From positions 54,300 through 118,299 of the forward strand of contig JAFKLS010000020.1 in the NCBI GenBank assembly GCA_017304675.1: 64,000 nt of DNA, in the 5' to 3' direction. The translations under genes and the position numbers were made by a program. The notes under the pieces were generated by a model. That model was given only the letters and a program-made list of their open reading frames with translations. It did no database searches and was not told where the DNA came from. Origin of the DNA: Sphingobacteriia bacterium (GTDB lineage: Bacteria > Bacteroidota > Bacteroidia > Chitinophagales > Chitinophagaceae). Each line of letters starts with the position of its first letter. The first letter of the stretch is position 1. Of the stretch, positions 30,474 through 40,006 are shown piece after piece.

Positions 30474-31259
30474 ATGGCAACCAGAAAAAAAGAAGAGCCG
30501 GTTATTTTAATTACGAACGATGATAGTATTTATGCTCCCGGCATTAAAGCATTAACAGAAGCAGTAATGCACTTGGGCAGAGTGGTGGTGGTGGCGCCAG
30601 ACAAGCCTCAAAGCGGTATGGGGCATGCCATTACCATTGGCCATCCACTGCGTTTGCAAAAAACCGTTTTTGTAGAAGGCACAGAAGCTTATACCTGTAA
30701 CGGTACGCCTGTTGATTGTGTAAAACTGGCAGTAGATAAAGTATTGCACCGGAAACCGGATATCTGTTTAAGCGGAATAAATCATGGCGCCAATCACAGC
30801 ATCAATGTTATTTACAGCGGTACAATGAGCGCTGCAATGGAAGCGGCCATTGAAAGTATTCCAAGCATCGGTTTCAGTTTACTGGATTATTCGATGGAGG
30901 CAGATTTCGATCCTGCAAAAAAAATTGTTGAAAAAATCACAGCCAAAGTTTTAAGTCAGAAAAAAACTCCTACTCACTTTTTGTTGAATGTAAATATTCC
31001 TGCGGTTGATGAAGAGTTGATCAAAGGCATAAAAATTTGCAAACAGGCTTATGCCAAATATGAGGAAGATTTTATTGAACGAAAAGATCCGCATGGAAGA
31101 AAGTATTATTGGCTAACAGGTGAATTTGTAAATTTCGATAAAGGCAAAGACACCGATGTTTGGGCGCTGGCTAATAATTATGTAAGTGTTGTGCCTGTAC
31201 AGTTTGATTTAACCAATTATCAATTGAAAGAACAATTAGAAAAAAACTGGAAATTTTAA
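30474..31259 (+). CDS. surE: 5'/3'-nucleotidase SurE
   Basis: ILITNDDSIYAPGI...SGINHGAN...YSGTMSAAMEA are present. I moved the start to the ATG at 30474. Confidence 0.9.
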   Translation: MATRKKEEPVILITNDDSIYAPGIKALTEAVMHLGRVVVVAPDKPQSGMGHAITIGHPLRLQKTVFVEGTEAYTCNGTPVDCVKLAVDKVLHRKPDICLSGINHGANHSINVIYSGTMSAAMEAAIESIPSIGFSLLDYSMEADFDPAKKIVEKITAKVLSQKKTPTHFLLNVNIPAVDEELIKGIKICKQAYAKYEEDFIERKDPHGRKYYWLTGEFVNFDKGKDTDVWALANNYVSVVPVQFDLTNYQLKEQLEKNWKF

Positions 31260-31338
31260 ACACAGATTGCACAGATTTTTGCAGATATGAAAGCAAAATA
31301 AATTCGTGTAATTCGATAGAATTAGTGAAAAAAAAGAA

Positions 31339-31632
31339 ATGTTGAAGAAAGACAACCTTAAATTAGGCTTACTACTCGGCTTGTTAGCACCCTTATTGGG
31401 AATGCTGGGTTTTTATTTTTATAAATTCAGAAGATTGAGTTTTGCTGAATTCATTCAATATCTGGGAATAGAAAGGCACTTGCTTACAGCGATGATCAGT
31501 TTTTCACTTTTGGCAAATGCCATCATTTTTACAGTTTATATCAATGCACAAAAAGACAAAACAGCAAGAGGCATTTTTATCATTACAATAATTTATGCCA
31601 TTGCTGCTTTGTTATTAAAATGGTTGTATTAA
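31339..31632 (+). CDS. Small hypothetical 3-TM membrane protein
   Basis: 97 aa and hydrophobic. No family recognised. Confidence 0.45.
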   Translation: MLKKDNLKLGLLLGLLAPLLGMLGFYFYKFRRLSFAEFIQYLGIERHLLTAMISFSLLANAIIFTVYINAQKDKTARGIFIITIIYAIAALLLKWLY

Positions 31633-31633
31633 G

Positions 31634-31661
31634 GATGTACGATGGCTGATGTATGATTTTT
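31634..31661. repeat. Heptamer tandem array (GATGNNN)
   Basis: GATGTAC GATGGCT GATGTAT GATTTTT, in the spacer between convergent genes. Confidence 0.55.
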
Positions 31662-31676
31662 GTTTATGAAAATTTA

Positions 31677-33824
31677 TTATTCTTCTGACACTTGAAAAGT
31701 AATTGTCTTTTCCATTTTGGCAACTACATTTTTACCATTCTGAACAGCAGGCTTCCAAGGAATACAGTTTTTCATTAATCTAACAGCTTCTTCTTTTGTT
31801 CCATAACCTGGATCGTTCAATGCCGTGACATTGTTTATATCTCCTTTATCATTTACAATAAAAGATAAGTTAACAATATATTTTCCCGGAGGAGCACCTT
31901 TGTTTACAGGAATATCTCTATTTAGTTTTTGTTCCAAATATTTAATCCACTCTTTATGCCCACCCGGAAATTCTGCAGGTATTTCTACCTGTGTGAAGAT
32001 TTTATTATTGATGTTTTGATTGGAAGATTCATTTACATTCTTCCCTAAATCTTTTACTTCCTGTGGTTTGTTTTCTTCTGCAAATTTTTTGGTTGTAATT
32101 TCTACTACACCTTTTTTACCTGCATCGCCATATTTATTTATTGCCTGTTCATCCTTCAAAACGTCAATTCTGCTTATTGTATTCGGGTTCATTGAATTGA
32201 TAACATTTGCATCTTCCCCCCTACCCATAACTTTTCCATCCACAACAAACAAGACATTGTTCATATCTGTTTTTGGATGCATTCTCGGCACACTTGGATC
32301 AATTACAATGGTTGTATCTTTTTTTGCAACAGTATTAGTATTATTATCTGTTTTGGTTATGTTTTTAAGTGTGATTGTGGGTTTGATAGTGGTATCTGCA
32401 TTTGTTGTTATCGGTTTAGCCATAAACAAGGTTAATGAGGTATCCCTTCTTCTTGTTTTTTCAAAGTATGCATTCGTATATAAATCTACCTGAACAAAAT
32501 GTTTTCCATAATTAATGGCATTAGGCGCCAATTTGCTTTCAAAAAACTTTGAGAAATCAGCTGCTTTATAATTACTCAAAATTTTATTCTCTATACGTTT
32601 ATCATCTACCCACAATCCATACATTTTGGCATCTTTCCATTTTGAGATTTTAGTTTCTGATGGAACCGCTTTTACATCAGGAGGTATTTTATAGAACTTA
32701 ACTCCTGTTCTCGCCTGTTGTGATGTATTCATTTCCGAGTATAACTTAAAAAGTTCTTTAAGCTTATTCTGATCATTAATTATCACTATTGCCGTTTTAC
32801 CATTAGGCAGTGTTTTTTCTTTTTGAATTGAATGCAGCATTTCAGAAAAATGCTTCATAGTTTCAGAGGAAGCGCTATCCACTCCAGCATTTGCAACAAG
32901 TGGCAATGCGTTTTCATTTAATAAAAATTTTTCATTCAGATGTTGAGTATTTTCTTTCATTCGGAATGCAAACAATAAAGCAACCATTGCAAAAAGCGGA
33001 AGTATTAGAACTCTTCTCAGATAAGAGAATTTTGGATTTGAATTATTGGAGATCATAACAAGTCTTCGTTTTATAGGTGAAAAGAAAAATGGATTGGTTA
33101 TACTAATTTGATGATTTGGATAAACAGATTTTAAAAGCATAGCCGCCAAAGCAGAAGCATCTCCGTTGTGAATGGCTTTTTTGTCTGCAATAAATTCATG
33201 TATCATGGATAGTTCTTTATTCATCAGCCAGAAGAAAATATTCCACCAGCCAAATACATGATTTATCTGCATGAATAATTTATCGTAACTATGTTTTTCT
33301 CTAACATGGGTAAGTTCATGCTCTAAAACTTGTTTTCCCGCTTCAGAAGCAATATCTATCTCTTCGTTCCAGAAAATAAACTTTAAAAAAGAGAAAGGTG
33401 TTCCTGCTGTGTTTGCCAAAACAAGCACCACATCTTTATAGGTTTTACAGGGATGCTTTCTCAACAATTTCCTGATCTGTAAAAGCGACCACACAAACAC
33501 TATAAAAAACGATATACAAACTATACTAAACAAAGTTTCAAAGAATAATTCCCAGGAAAATTGAAGCCCTTTGGTATTAATTTCTATCAGTGTGTTTTGT
33601 GTGGCTATAGAATAAGCCAGGTAGCTTACAGGCCGTTCTTTTCTAAACAAAGCACTCAGATCTATTTTAATGAGCGGGATTAGCCAGCTCAACATTACAG
33701 CCGCAAGCAAATAAAACCTATTATACTGGTGAAATCTTTTATTACGAAGTACAGCATAATAATAACCAAACAACAAGCCGCTGCAAAGCATTACTTTTAA
33801 AAAGTATAGAGCAATTGTTGCCAT
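31677..33824 (-). CDS. BlaR1-like M56 family peptidase/signal transducer with a C-terminal TonB-like domain
   Basis: Multi-TM N-terminus with the HELTHVREKH zinc motif. The C-terminus has FTQVEIPAEFPGGHKEW... (TonB_C). Confidence 0.8.
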   Translation of the reverse strand: MATIALYFLKVMLCSGLLFGYYYAVLRNKRFHQYNRFYLLAAVMLSWLIPLIKIDLSALFRKERPVSYLAYSIATQNTLIEINTKGLQFSWELFFETLFSIVCISFFIVFVWSLLQIRKLLRKHPCKTYKDVVLVLANTAGTPFSFLKFIFWNEEIDIASEAGKQVLEHELTHVREKHSYDKLFMQINHVFGWWNIFFWLMNKELSMIHEFIADKKAIHNGDASALAAMLLKSVYPNHQISITNPFFFSPIKRRLVMISNNSNPKFSYLRRVLILPLFAMVALLFAFRMKENTQHLNEKFLLNENALPLVANAGVDSASSETMKHFSEMLHSIQKEKTLPNGKTAIVIINDQNKLKELFKLYSEMNTSQQARTGVKFYKIPPDVKAVPSETKISKWKDAKMYGLWVDDKRIENKILSNYKAADFSKFFESKLAPNAINYGKHFVQVDLYTNAYFEKTRRRDTSLTLFMAKPITTNADTTIKPTITLKNITKTDNNTNTVAKKDTTIVIDPSVPRMHPKTDMNNVLFVVDGKVMGRGEDANVINSMNPNTISRIDVLKDEQAINKYGDAGKKGVVEITTKKFAEENKPQEVKDLGKNVNESSNQNINNKIFTQVEIPAEFPGGHKEWIKYLEQKLNRDIPVNKGAPPGKYIVNLSFIVNDKGDINNVTALNDPGYGTKEEAVRLMKNCIPWKPAVQNGKNVVAKMEKTITFQVSEE

Positions 33825-33828
33825 TGTT

Positions 33829-34194
33829 TTATTTTTTTGTTTTTAGATGTTGAAGCAAAAGTTCAAGGTCTTTCAGTTTTAGTTTTTTTTGATTCACCAT
33901 AAAAGAAACAGCATCTGCAAAAGAGCCTTCAAAATAACTGTCCACCAAATTATTCATGGTATTGGAAGAATAATCCTCTTTGGAAACCACCGGAAAATAA
34001 CTGTACACTCTCCCATGCACTTCAACATCTACAAACCCCTTTTCCATCAGTATCTTCAAAACAGTGGCAACTGTATTGGAGTGTGGCCTGGGTTCCGGCT
34101 GATCCTCTACCACATCTTTTAAATAAGCTCTTTGCAGTTTCCAAAGCGATTGCATGATCTGCTCTTCCGCTTTTGTAAGTTGTTTTATTTCCAT
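33829..34194 (-). CDS. BlaI/MecI/CopY family transcriptional repressor
   Basis: About 121 aa winged helix (LTKAEEQIMQSLW...NTVATVLKILMEKGF), sitting immediately upstream of the M56 gene. Confidence 0.85.
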   Translation of the reverse strand: MEIKQLTKAEEQIMQSLWKLQRAYLKDVVEDQPEPRPHSNTVATVLKILMEKGFVDVEVHGRVYSYFPVVSKEDYSSNTMNNLVDSYFEGSFADAVSFMVNQKKLKLKDLELLLQHLKTKK

Positions 34195-34195
34195 C

Positions 34196-34259
34196 AACTA
34201 AATATTTAGTTATTCAAACGTAAAACTATTATTTTAGTTATGCAACTATTTTTTTAGTT
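34196..34259. promoter_or_regulatory. Three AACTA-N6-TAGTT inverted-repeat sites, candidate BlaI-family operators
   Basis: AACTAAATATTTAGTT (34196-34211, a perfect 16-bp palindrome), AACTATTATTTTAGTT (34224-34239) and AACTATTTTTTTAGTT (34244-34259), directly upstream of the repressor start codon. Confidence 0.45.
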
Positions 34260-34318
34260 TTTTTTTAAAAAAAAGTTTCTGCTCTAATTAATAGGCTTTG
34301 GTTATTTTGCAGAAAATT

Positions 34319-34343
34319 AAAATTCCCCTTTAGGGGTTAGGGG
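34319..34343. repeat. C4/G4 mini hairpin element (CCCCTTTAGGGGTTAGGGG), abutting the lpxB start codon
   Basis: AAATTCCCCTTTAGGGGTTAGGGG. 21 of 24 nt are identical to 56153-56176. It is related in reverse complement to the CCCCTGAAGGGG copies. Confidence 0.75.
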
Positions 34344-34344
34344 T

Positions 34345-35460
34345 ATGAAGTATTACATCATTGCAGGAGAAGCCAGCGGAGATTTACACGGAAGCAATCT
34401 GATAAAAAAATTGCACTTGTTAGATGAAAGTGCAGACATAAGATGCTGGGGCGGCGACTTAATGCAGGAAGCAGGCGCCACTGTAGTAAAACACTACAGA
34501 GATCTTGCATTCATGGGCTTTGCTGAAGTAGTTAAAAATCTTCCTACCATTTTAAACAATATTAAATTTTGCAAAAAGGATATATTGAGTTTTAAACCCG
34601 ATGTATTGGTATTGGTAGATTATCCTGGATTTAACTTACGTATTGCAGATTGGGCAAAGAAACAGGGATTTAAAGTGGCATATTATATTTCTCCGCAGGT
34701 ATGGGCATGGAAAGAAAACAGGGTAAAAAAAATGAAGCAATGCATAGATAAAATGCTCTGTATTCTTCCATTTGAAAAAGAGTATTTTAAGGATAAATGG
34801 AATTGGGAGGTGGAATATGTTGGGCACCCGTTGGTTGAAGTGATTGATGAAAGCATAAAAAAAGGAGCTGAAAATAAACTAAGCGAACGCCCTGTAATTG
34901 CCTTATTGCCCGGAAGCAGGAAACAGGAGATCGCCAAAAAATTACCGGTAATGCTATCGGTAAACAAGCACTTTCCAAATTACCATTTTATTGTTGCGCA
35001 GGCTCCCGGGCAGGATGATGCTTTTTACAAACCTTTTTTAGAACAGTATGCAAATGTTTCCCTTGTTAAAAATCAAACATATAACTTATTAAAACAGAGT
35101 GTGGCTGCGCTGGTTACCAGTGGCACGGCTACTTTAGAAACTGCCCTATTCAATGTTCCGGAAGTGGTTTGCTATAAAGGAAGCAATATAAGTTACCAAA
35201 TAGCTAAACGGTTGATCAGCATTAAATATATATGCCTGGTAAACCTTATTATGGATAAGCCGGTAGTAAAAGAACTGATCCAAAACGAGCTTAACGAAAA
35301 AAACTTGACTGAAGAATTGAATTTATTATTAAATAATTCCGAAAGGCAATTACAACTTTCTTCAGATTATTCCGCTTTACACAAATTATTATCGCTCGGC
35401 GGCAATGCCTCGGCTAAAGCGGCCACTGCTATCTATAAAATGGTTTCTCCGAAAGGGTAA
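34345..35460 (+). CDS. lpxB: Lipid-A-disaccharide synthase
   Basis: MKYYIIAGEASGDLHGSNLI and the overall GT19 layout. Confidence 0.9.
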   Translation: MKYYIIAGEASGDLHGSNLIKKLHLLDESADIRCWGGDLMQEAGATVVKHYRDLAFMGFAEVVKNLPTILNNIKFCKKDILSFKPDVLVLVDYPGFNLRIADWAKKQGFKVAYYISPQVWAWKENRVKKMKQCIDKMLCILPFEKEYFKDKWNWEVEYVGHPLVEVIDESIKKGAENKLSERPVIALLPGSRKQEIAKKLPVMLSVNKHFPNYHFIVAQAPGQDDAFYKPFLEQYANVSLVKNQTYNLLKQSVAALVTSGTATLETALFNVPEVVCYKGSNISYQIAKRLISIKYICLVNLIMDKPVVKELIQNELNEKNLTEELNLLLNNSERQLQLSSDYSALHKLLSLGGNASAKAATAIYKMVSPKG

Positions 35461-35490
35461 AAAAGTTAGTACTACAAATACCCTTATCCT

Positions 35491-35700
35491 CTATTTCTTC
35501 ATTAATGGCAGTAATACGAGCCTTATTAATATAATAATCAGGGCAATTAAAAACATAAACAGGGATATTCTGTTCATCCCGTGCATGTACTTGGTCCACC
35601 TTGTAATAGGTTTGTTCGGGTCTCTCTTTTTTATAAAAAGGTATTCTGCAAATTGTCTTAATATACCCATTGCCTTTTTTTGCAAAGGTAATACGGGCAT
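35491..35700 (-). CDS. Small membrane protein (resembles DUF6728-type proteins)
   Basis: 69 aa. KKRDPNKP...MHGMNRISLFMFLIALIIIL gives one TM. I prefer it over the overlapping plus-strand 111-aa ORF. Confidence 0.4.
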   Translation of the reverse strand: MPVLPLQKKAMGILRQFAEYLFIKKRDPNKPITRWTKYMHGMNRISLFMFLIALIIILIRLVLLPLMKK

Positions 35701-35746
35701 AAAAATTAACCCTATAAATATTCAGGATAATTTTTTTTAAGTAAAC

Positions 35747-35776
35747 TTTGCCGCAACAAAAATCATCTTATATTCG
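35747..35776 (+). promoter_or_regulatory. Candidate Bacteroidota sigma-A promoter for etfBA
   Basis: TTTG (35747-35750), an 18-nt spacer, then TATATTCG (35769-35776), compared with the consensus -33 TTTG / -7 TAnnTTTG. Confidence 0.35.
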
Positions 35777-35820
35777 CAATAGTTGCATAAACAACTAATT
35801 TATTATAGAAATTGTTTCGT

Positions 35821-36564
35821 ATGAAAATTTTAGTCTGCATCAGTAAAACACCGGATACAACTTCAAAAATTGCTTTTAAAGAAGGCAATACCAAGTTTGA
35901 TGATAATGGTGTTCAATGGATCATCAATCCTTACGACGAGTGGTATTCACTGGTACGTGCCATTGAATTAAAAGAAAAAGACGCAAGTATTGTTTTGCAT
36001 CTTGTTACAGTTGGCCTTGCCGATTGTGATCCGGTTATCCGAAAAGCTTTGGCATTAGGTGGAGATGAAGCCATCAGAATCAACACAGACAGTAGCGACA
36101 GCTATTACATTGCTGCTCAAATTGCAGAAGTAGCCAAACAAGGCAATTACGATCTTGTTTTAACAGGTAAGGAAACAATTGATTATAACGGGTCTTCTGT
36201 AGGAGCCATGGTAGCTGAACTGTTAGACATCCCCTACATTTCACTGGCTACCAAATTAGAGCTGAATGGTAGTACAGCAATCATTAACAGGGAAATTGAA
36301 GGCGGGGAAGAAGTAAATGAAGTAATATTACCACTTGCCGTTAGCTGCCAGAAAGGAGTTGCAGAACAACGTATACCGAATATGCGGGGTATAATGGCTG
36401 CAAGAACCAAACCTTTAAAAGTAGTGGAGCCTGTACAGATAAACGAACTTACAAGTATAACCGGTTTTGAATTACCTCCGGCAAAAGCAGGAGTAAAACT
36501 GGTTGCCCCGGATAACGTGGCAGAACTGGTACGTTTATTACACGAAGAAGCAAAGGCTATTTAA
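35821..36564 (+). CDS. etfB: Electron transfer flavoprotein subunit beta
   Basis: MKILVCISKTPDTTSKI... is typical of EtfB. I moved the start to the ATG at 35821. Confidence 0.9.
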   Translation: MKILVCISKTPDTTSKIAFKEGNTKFDDNGVQWIINPYDEWYSLVRAIELKEKDASIVLHLVTVGLADCDPVIRKALALGGDEAIRINTDSSDSYYIAAQIAEVAKQGNYDLVLTGKETIDYNGSSVGAMVAELLDIPYISLATKLELNGSTAIINREIEGGEEVNEVILPLAVSCQKGVAEQRIPNMRGIMAARTKPLKVVEPVQINELTSITGFELPPAKAGVKLVAPDNVAELVRLLHEEAKAI

Positions 36565-36637
36565 ATTATTACAGGCGCTGGGTAATGGTTTCAATCCACT
36601 ACCTTAAACACCAACTTCAAATTTTAAATTTTAGAAA

Positions 36638-37600
36638 ATGTCAGTTTTAATATTTGTTGATCAGGCTGAAGGTCAAATTAAAAAATCTTCTTATGAAGTA
36701 TTAACCTATGGCGCAGCTTTGGCCGCTCAATTAGGCACTCAGGCCCAAGCACTGGTGCTGGGTACGGTAAAAGACGATTTAAGCACACTGGGCAAATATG
36801 GTATTTCTAAAGTATTTACAATAAACAATACTTCCTTAGATCACCTGGATGCACAAGTATATGCCAGGGCAATTGCAGATGCTGCTACAATAACACAGGC
36901 TACCGTGATAGTAATCTCGCATAACCAAACAGGCAAAGCTGTAGCAGGCAGGGTGGCGGCCCGTTTAAAAGCCGGATTGGTAACCGGCGCTATTGCACTA
37001 CCCGATACTACAAATGGTTTTGTAGTAAAAAAATCTGTATTCAGTGGTAAAGCTTATGCCAATGTAAGCATTAAGAGTACCGTAAAAATCATTTCACTTA
37101 ATCCCAATAGTTTCCACACCAAAACAGTGGATGGTACTGCAAGCATTGAAGCATTGCCAGTTAATGTTGACGCATCTAAAGTAAAAACCGTTGCAGTGAA
37201 TAAAGTAAGTGGTGAAGTACCACTCACCGAAGCAGAAATTGTAGTAAGTGGTGGAAGAGGTTTAAAGGGCCCTGAAAATTGGGGAATGATAGAAGACCTT
37301 GCTCACGTATTACATGCAGCTACTGCCTGCAGCAGGCCGGTGGCAGATGCACACTGGAGGCCCCACCATGAACACGTTGGGCAAACCGGCGTTCAAATAG
37401 CTCCTAACCTGTATTTTGCTATTGGCATCAGCGGCGCTATACAACACCTTGCAGGCGTTAACAGAAGCAAAGTGATTGTGGTAATTAACAAAGACCCTGA
37501 AGCGCCATTCTTTAAAGCTGCAGACTACGGTATAGTAGGCGATGCCTTTGAGGTTGTGCCGCAATTAACCGCAGAAATTAAAAAGCTAAAAGGATTATAA
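36638..37600 (+). CDS. etfA: Electron transfer flavoprotein subunit alpha
   Basis: The C-terminal FAD-binding region is present: VVSGGRGLKGPENW...QVGQTG...YFAIGISGAIQH. Confidence 0.9.
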   Translation: MSVLIFVDQAEGQIKKSSYEVLTYGAALAAQLGTQAQALVLGTVKDDLSTLGKYGISKVFTINNTSLDHLDAQVYARAIADAATITQATVIVISHNQTGKAVAGRVAARLKAGLVTGAIALPDTTNGFVVKKSVFSGKAYANVSIKSTVKIISLNPNSFHTKTVDGTASIEALPVNVDASKVKTVAVNKVSGEVPLTEAEIVVSGGRGLKGPENWGMIEDLAHVLHAATACSRPVADAHWRPHHEHVGQTGVQIAPNLYFAIGISGAIQHLAGVNRSKVIVVINKDPEAPFFKAADYGIVGDAFEVVPQLTAEIKKLKGL

Positions 37601-37613
37601 TATAAATGCCCTG

Positions 37614-37642
37614 CCCCCATTCATTACCGAATGGGGGTTTTT
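37614..37642 (+). terminator. Rho-independent terminator of etfBA
   Basis: CCCCCATTC / GAATGGGGG 9-bp stem with a 6-nt loop, followed by TTTTT. Confidence 0.8.
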
Positions 37643-37706
37643 GTATCTGTAAGCTGATACTTACAACTTCTTTTTAAACTAATTTCATTTATTTTCGTAT
37701 CCTCTT

Positions 37707-38297
37707 ATGAAGAAAATAGAACTCGAAATAGTTGCCTTATCGCACAGTATTACACAAACACATTCTTATGCTGTTGTATTGGGAGAGGTAAATGGTTTAA
37801 GAAGATTGCCTATAGTAATAGGCGGCTTCGAGGCACAGGCTATTGCTGTTGCCCTGGAAAGAATGCAGCCCAGCAGGCCCCTTACCCATGATCTGATGAA
37901 AAACTTTATGAATGCATTTAATGTAGAGTTACAGGAAATTGTAATAAATGATTTGCAGGAAGGAATTTTTTATTCAAAGCTGGTTTGCTCCACAGAAAAC
38001 GACACAGTTGAAATAGACAGCAGAACCAGCGATGCACTTGCCTTGGCTGTACGCTTTGGGTGCCCTATTTATACATACGAGAATATTTTAGAAAGCGCTG
38101 GTATTTTGATGGATGAAAATACGGCCGGTAAAAAGAAAAAACAGGAAGCTGTTGGCGTTACAGATGAAGAGTCTTCTCTGGAAGACCTGAGCTCACTAAG
38201 CCTAGAAGACCTTCAAAATCTCTTGAACGAGGTATTAGAAAACGAGGATTATATACGGGCCATTGCCATAAGAGATGAGATCAACAAAAGAAAATAA
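37707..38297 (+). CDS. Bifunctional nuclease family protein (DUF151) with a UVR-like C-terminus
   Basis: RLPIVIGGFEAQAIAVAL...RPLTHDLM, plus a C-terminal ...EDYIRAIAIRDEINKR. Confidence 0.8.
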   Translation: MKKIELEIVALSHSITQTHSYAVVLGEVNGLRRLPIVIGGFEAQAIAVALERMQPSRPLTHDLMKNFMNAFNVELQEIVINDLQEGIFYSKLVCSTENDTVEIDSRTSDALALAVRFGCPIYTYENILESAGILMDENTAGKKKKQEAVGVTDEESSLEDLSSLSLEDLQNLLNEVLENEDYIRAIAIRDEINKRK

Positions 38298-38373
38298 ATA
38301 AGCACTGCTGATAAAATAACAATATAGGTAGCCATAAACGTTCTTTTTTCAATTCCTCCAAAACATATTAATC

Positions 38374-39201
38374 GTGGTTGTTTTTCCTAACTGTAAAATA
38401 AACCTGGGTTTACATATTACGAGTAAAAGAACAGATGGCTTTCATAATCTTGAAACCATTTTTTTCCCGGTAGCTATTCATGATTGTTTAGAAATTATCT
38501 ATGCAAATAAAACAGAAAGCACTCATTTCAGTCAAACAGGACTTAACATAGATACAACTTCAGATAACAATCTCTGTGTTAAAGCATACCACCTGCTAAA
38601 GAAAGATTTTCCCCTACTCCCCTCCATTCAAATACACTTGCACAAGACCATCCCGATGGGTGCAGGTTTGGGAGGCGGTAGTGCAGATGGTGCATTTGCG
38701 CTGAAGTTAATGAATGACCAATTCCATCTTCACCTTTCCGATGATGAATTGATTCATTATGCATTACAGTTAGGAAGCGATTGCCCTTTCTTTATAATTA
38801 ACAAACCCTGTTTTGCTTCTTCAAGAGGAGAAATCTTAACTCCGATTACTTTAACAGGGCTTACAGCTTACCAGCTATTAATTGTAAACCCGGGTATTCA
38901 TATTTCAACAGCCTGGGCCTTTGCCAATATTAAACCCAAACAACCTCTTCAATCGCTGAAGGAAGTTATTCAACAACCTGTTGATACTTGGAAGCAACTC
39001 CTTTTCAACGATTTTGAAGTGCCGGTGTTACAACAATTTCCTGAATTAAAACAATTGAAAGAGGTGCTTTACCAATCGGGTGCCGCATATGTTTCTATGA
39101 GTGGAAGCGGGAGCACTTTTTTCGCTTTCTTCAAAAATAATATCCCGGAAAACTTATCGCTTCCGGCACACTATTTTATAAAAATGGTTACACCGTTATA
39201 A
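38374..39201 (+). CDS. ispE: 4-(cytidine 5'-diphospho)-2-C-methyl-D-erythritol kinase
   Basis: FPNCKINLGLHI and the GHMP motif IPMGAGLGGGSADGA are present. GTG start. Confidence 0.85.
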   Translation: MVVFPNCKINLGLHITSKRTDGFHNLETIFFPVAIHDCLEIIYANKTESTHFSQTGLNIDTTSDNNLCVKAYHLLKKDFPLLPSIQIHLHKTIPMGAGLGGGSADGAFALKLMNDQFHLHLSDDELIHYALQLGSDCPFFIINKPCFASSRGEILTPITLTGLTAYQLLIVNPGIHISTAWAFANIKPKQPLQSLKEVIQQPVDTWKQLLFNDFEVPVLQQFPELKQLKEVLYQSGAAYVSMSGSGSTFFAFFKNNIPENLSLPAHYFIKMVTPL

Positions 39202-39205
39202 ATTA

Positions 39206-39952
39206 ATGAAGTATATAATAGCCATACCCCGATATATATATACAACATATGCATTAATTGCCTTTGTACTCATTATGCTGGTGCTGTTACCCTTTGTAAT
39301 CATTGCATCTTTCTTTGGCATAAATGGCGGTAATTTTATTTATAAGCTTTGCAACATATGGGGCAGCATTTGGTATTTTTTTGTAGGCATTTGGCACAAA
39401 GAAATTTATGAAGTGCCGCATACTACCCAAAAGCCGTTGATTTTTGTTGCTAATCATATATCGTATTTAGATATTCCCGCTATTGTAAAAGGCATCCATC
39501 AACCCTATCGGGCATTAGGTAAATATGAAATGGTGAAGATTCCTGTTTTTGGGTGGATATACCGGTCAGCCGTTATTTTGGTAGACAGGAGCAGCCATGA
39601 AAAAAGAGCCAGAAGTGTTCGGGCCTTAAAAGCAGCGCTGGCAAAAGATATTTCTATTCTTCTTTTCCCAGAAGGAACATTTAATGAAACCGGCAAACCA
39701 CTGAAATTCTTTTACGACGGGGCTTTCAGAATTGCCATAGAAACCCAAACCAATATTAAACCGTTGATATTGCCAGATACCGTTAACAGGCTTCATTATA
39801 CAAATATCTTTTCACTTACGCCCGGCATTAACCGGGTAATTTACCTGGAAGAAATATCTGTGCAAGGCTATACGCTGAAAGATATAGAGCAACTGAAAGA
39901 AACTGTTTTTGCTGCCATGCAAAAAGCATTATTAAAATATGGAAGTTGGTAA
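39206..39952 (+). CDS. 1-acyl-sn-glycerol-3-phosphate acyltransferase
   Basis: The NHISYLD (HX4D) and FPEGT motifs are present, with an N-terminal TM. Confidence 0.8.
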   Translation: MKYIIAIPRYIYTTYALIAFVLIMLVLLPFVIIASFFGINGGNFIYKLCNIWGSIWYFFVGIWHKEIYEVPHTTQKPLIFVANHISYLDIPAIVKGIHQPYRALGKYEMVKIPVFGWIYRSAVILVDRSSHEKRARSVRALKAALAKDISILLFPEGTFNETGKPLKFFYDGAFRIAIETQTNIKPLILPDTVNRLHYTNIFSLTPGINRVIYLEEISVQGYTLKDIEQLKETVFAAMQKALLKYGSW

Positions 39953-40006
39953 TTTCTATTCATGTATTCTCCTGTTACACTTAATTTAGTACGGTAATTC
40001 ATCAAT

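Noticed and set aside
32020-32493. 157-aa plus-strand ORF
   Set aside because: It is antisense to the BlaR1-like gene. It is hydrophobic and low-complexity, so it is a shadow ORF.
34325-34343. TTAGGGG TTAGGGG as a telomere-like or G-quadruplex motif
   Set aside because: There are only two G4 runs on one strand, flanked by a complementary C4 run. Hairpin formation is the simpler reading, and four G-tracts are not present.
35405-35740. 111-aa plus-strand ORF overlapping the lpxB 3' end
   Set aside because: It overlaps lpxB and is antisense to a more plausible 69-aa small membrane protein. It has no family features.
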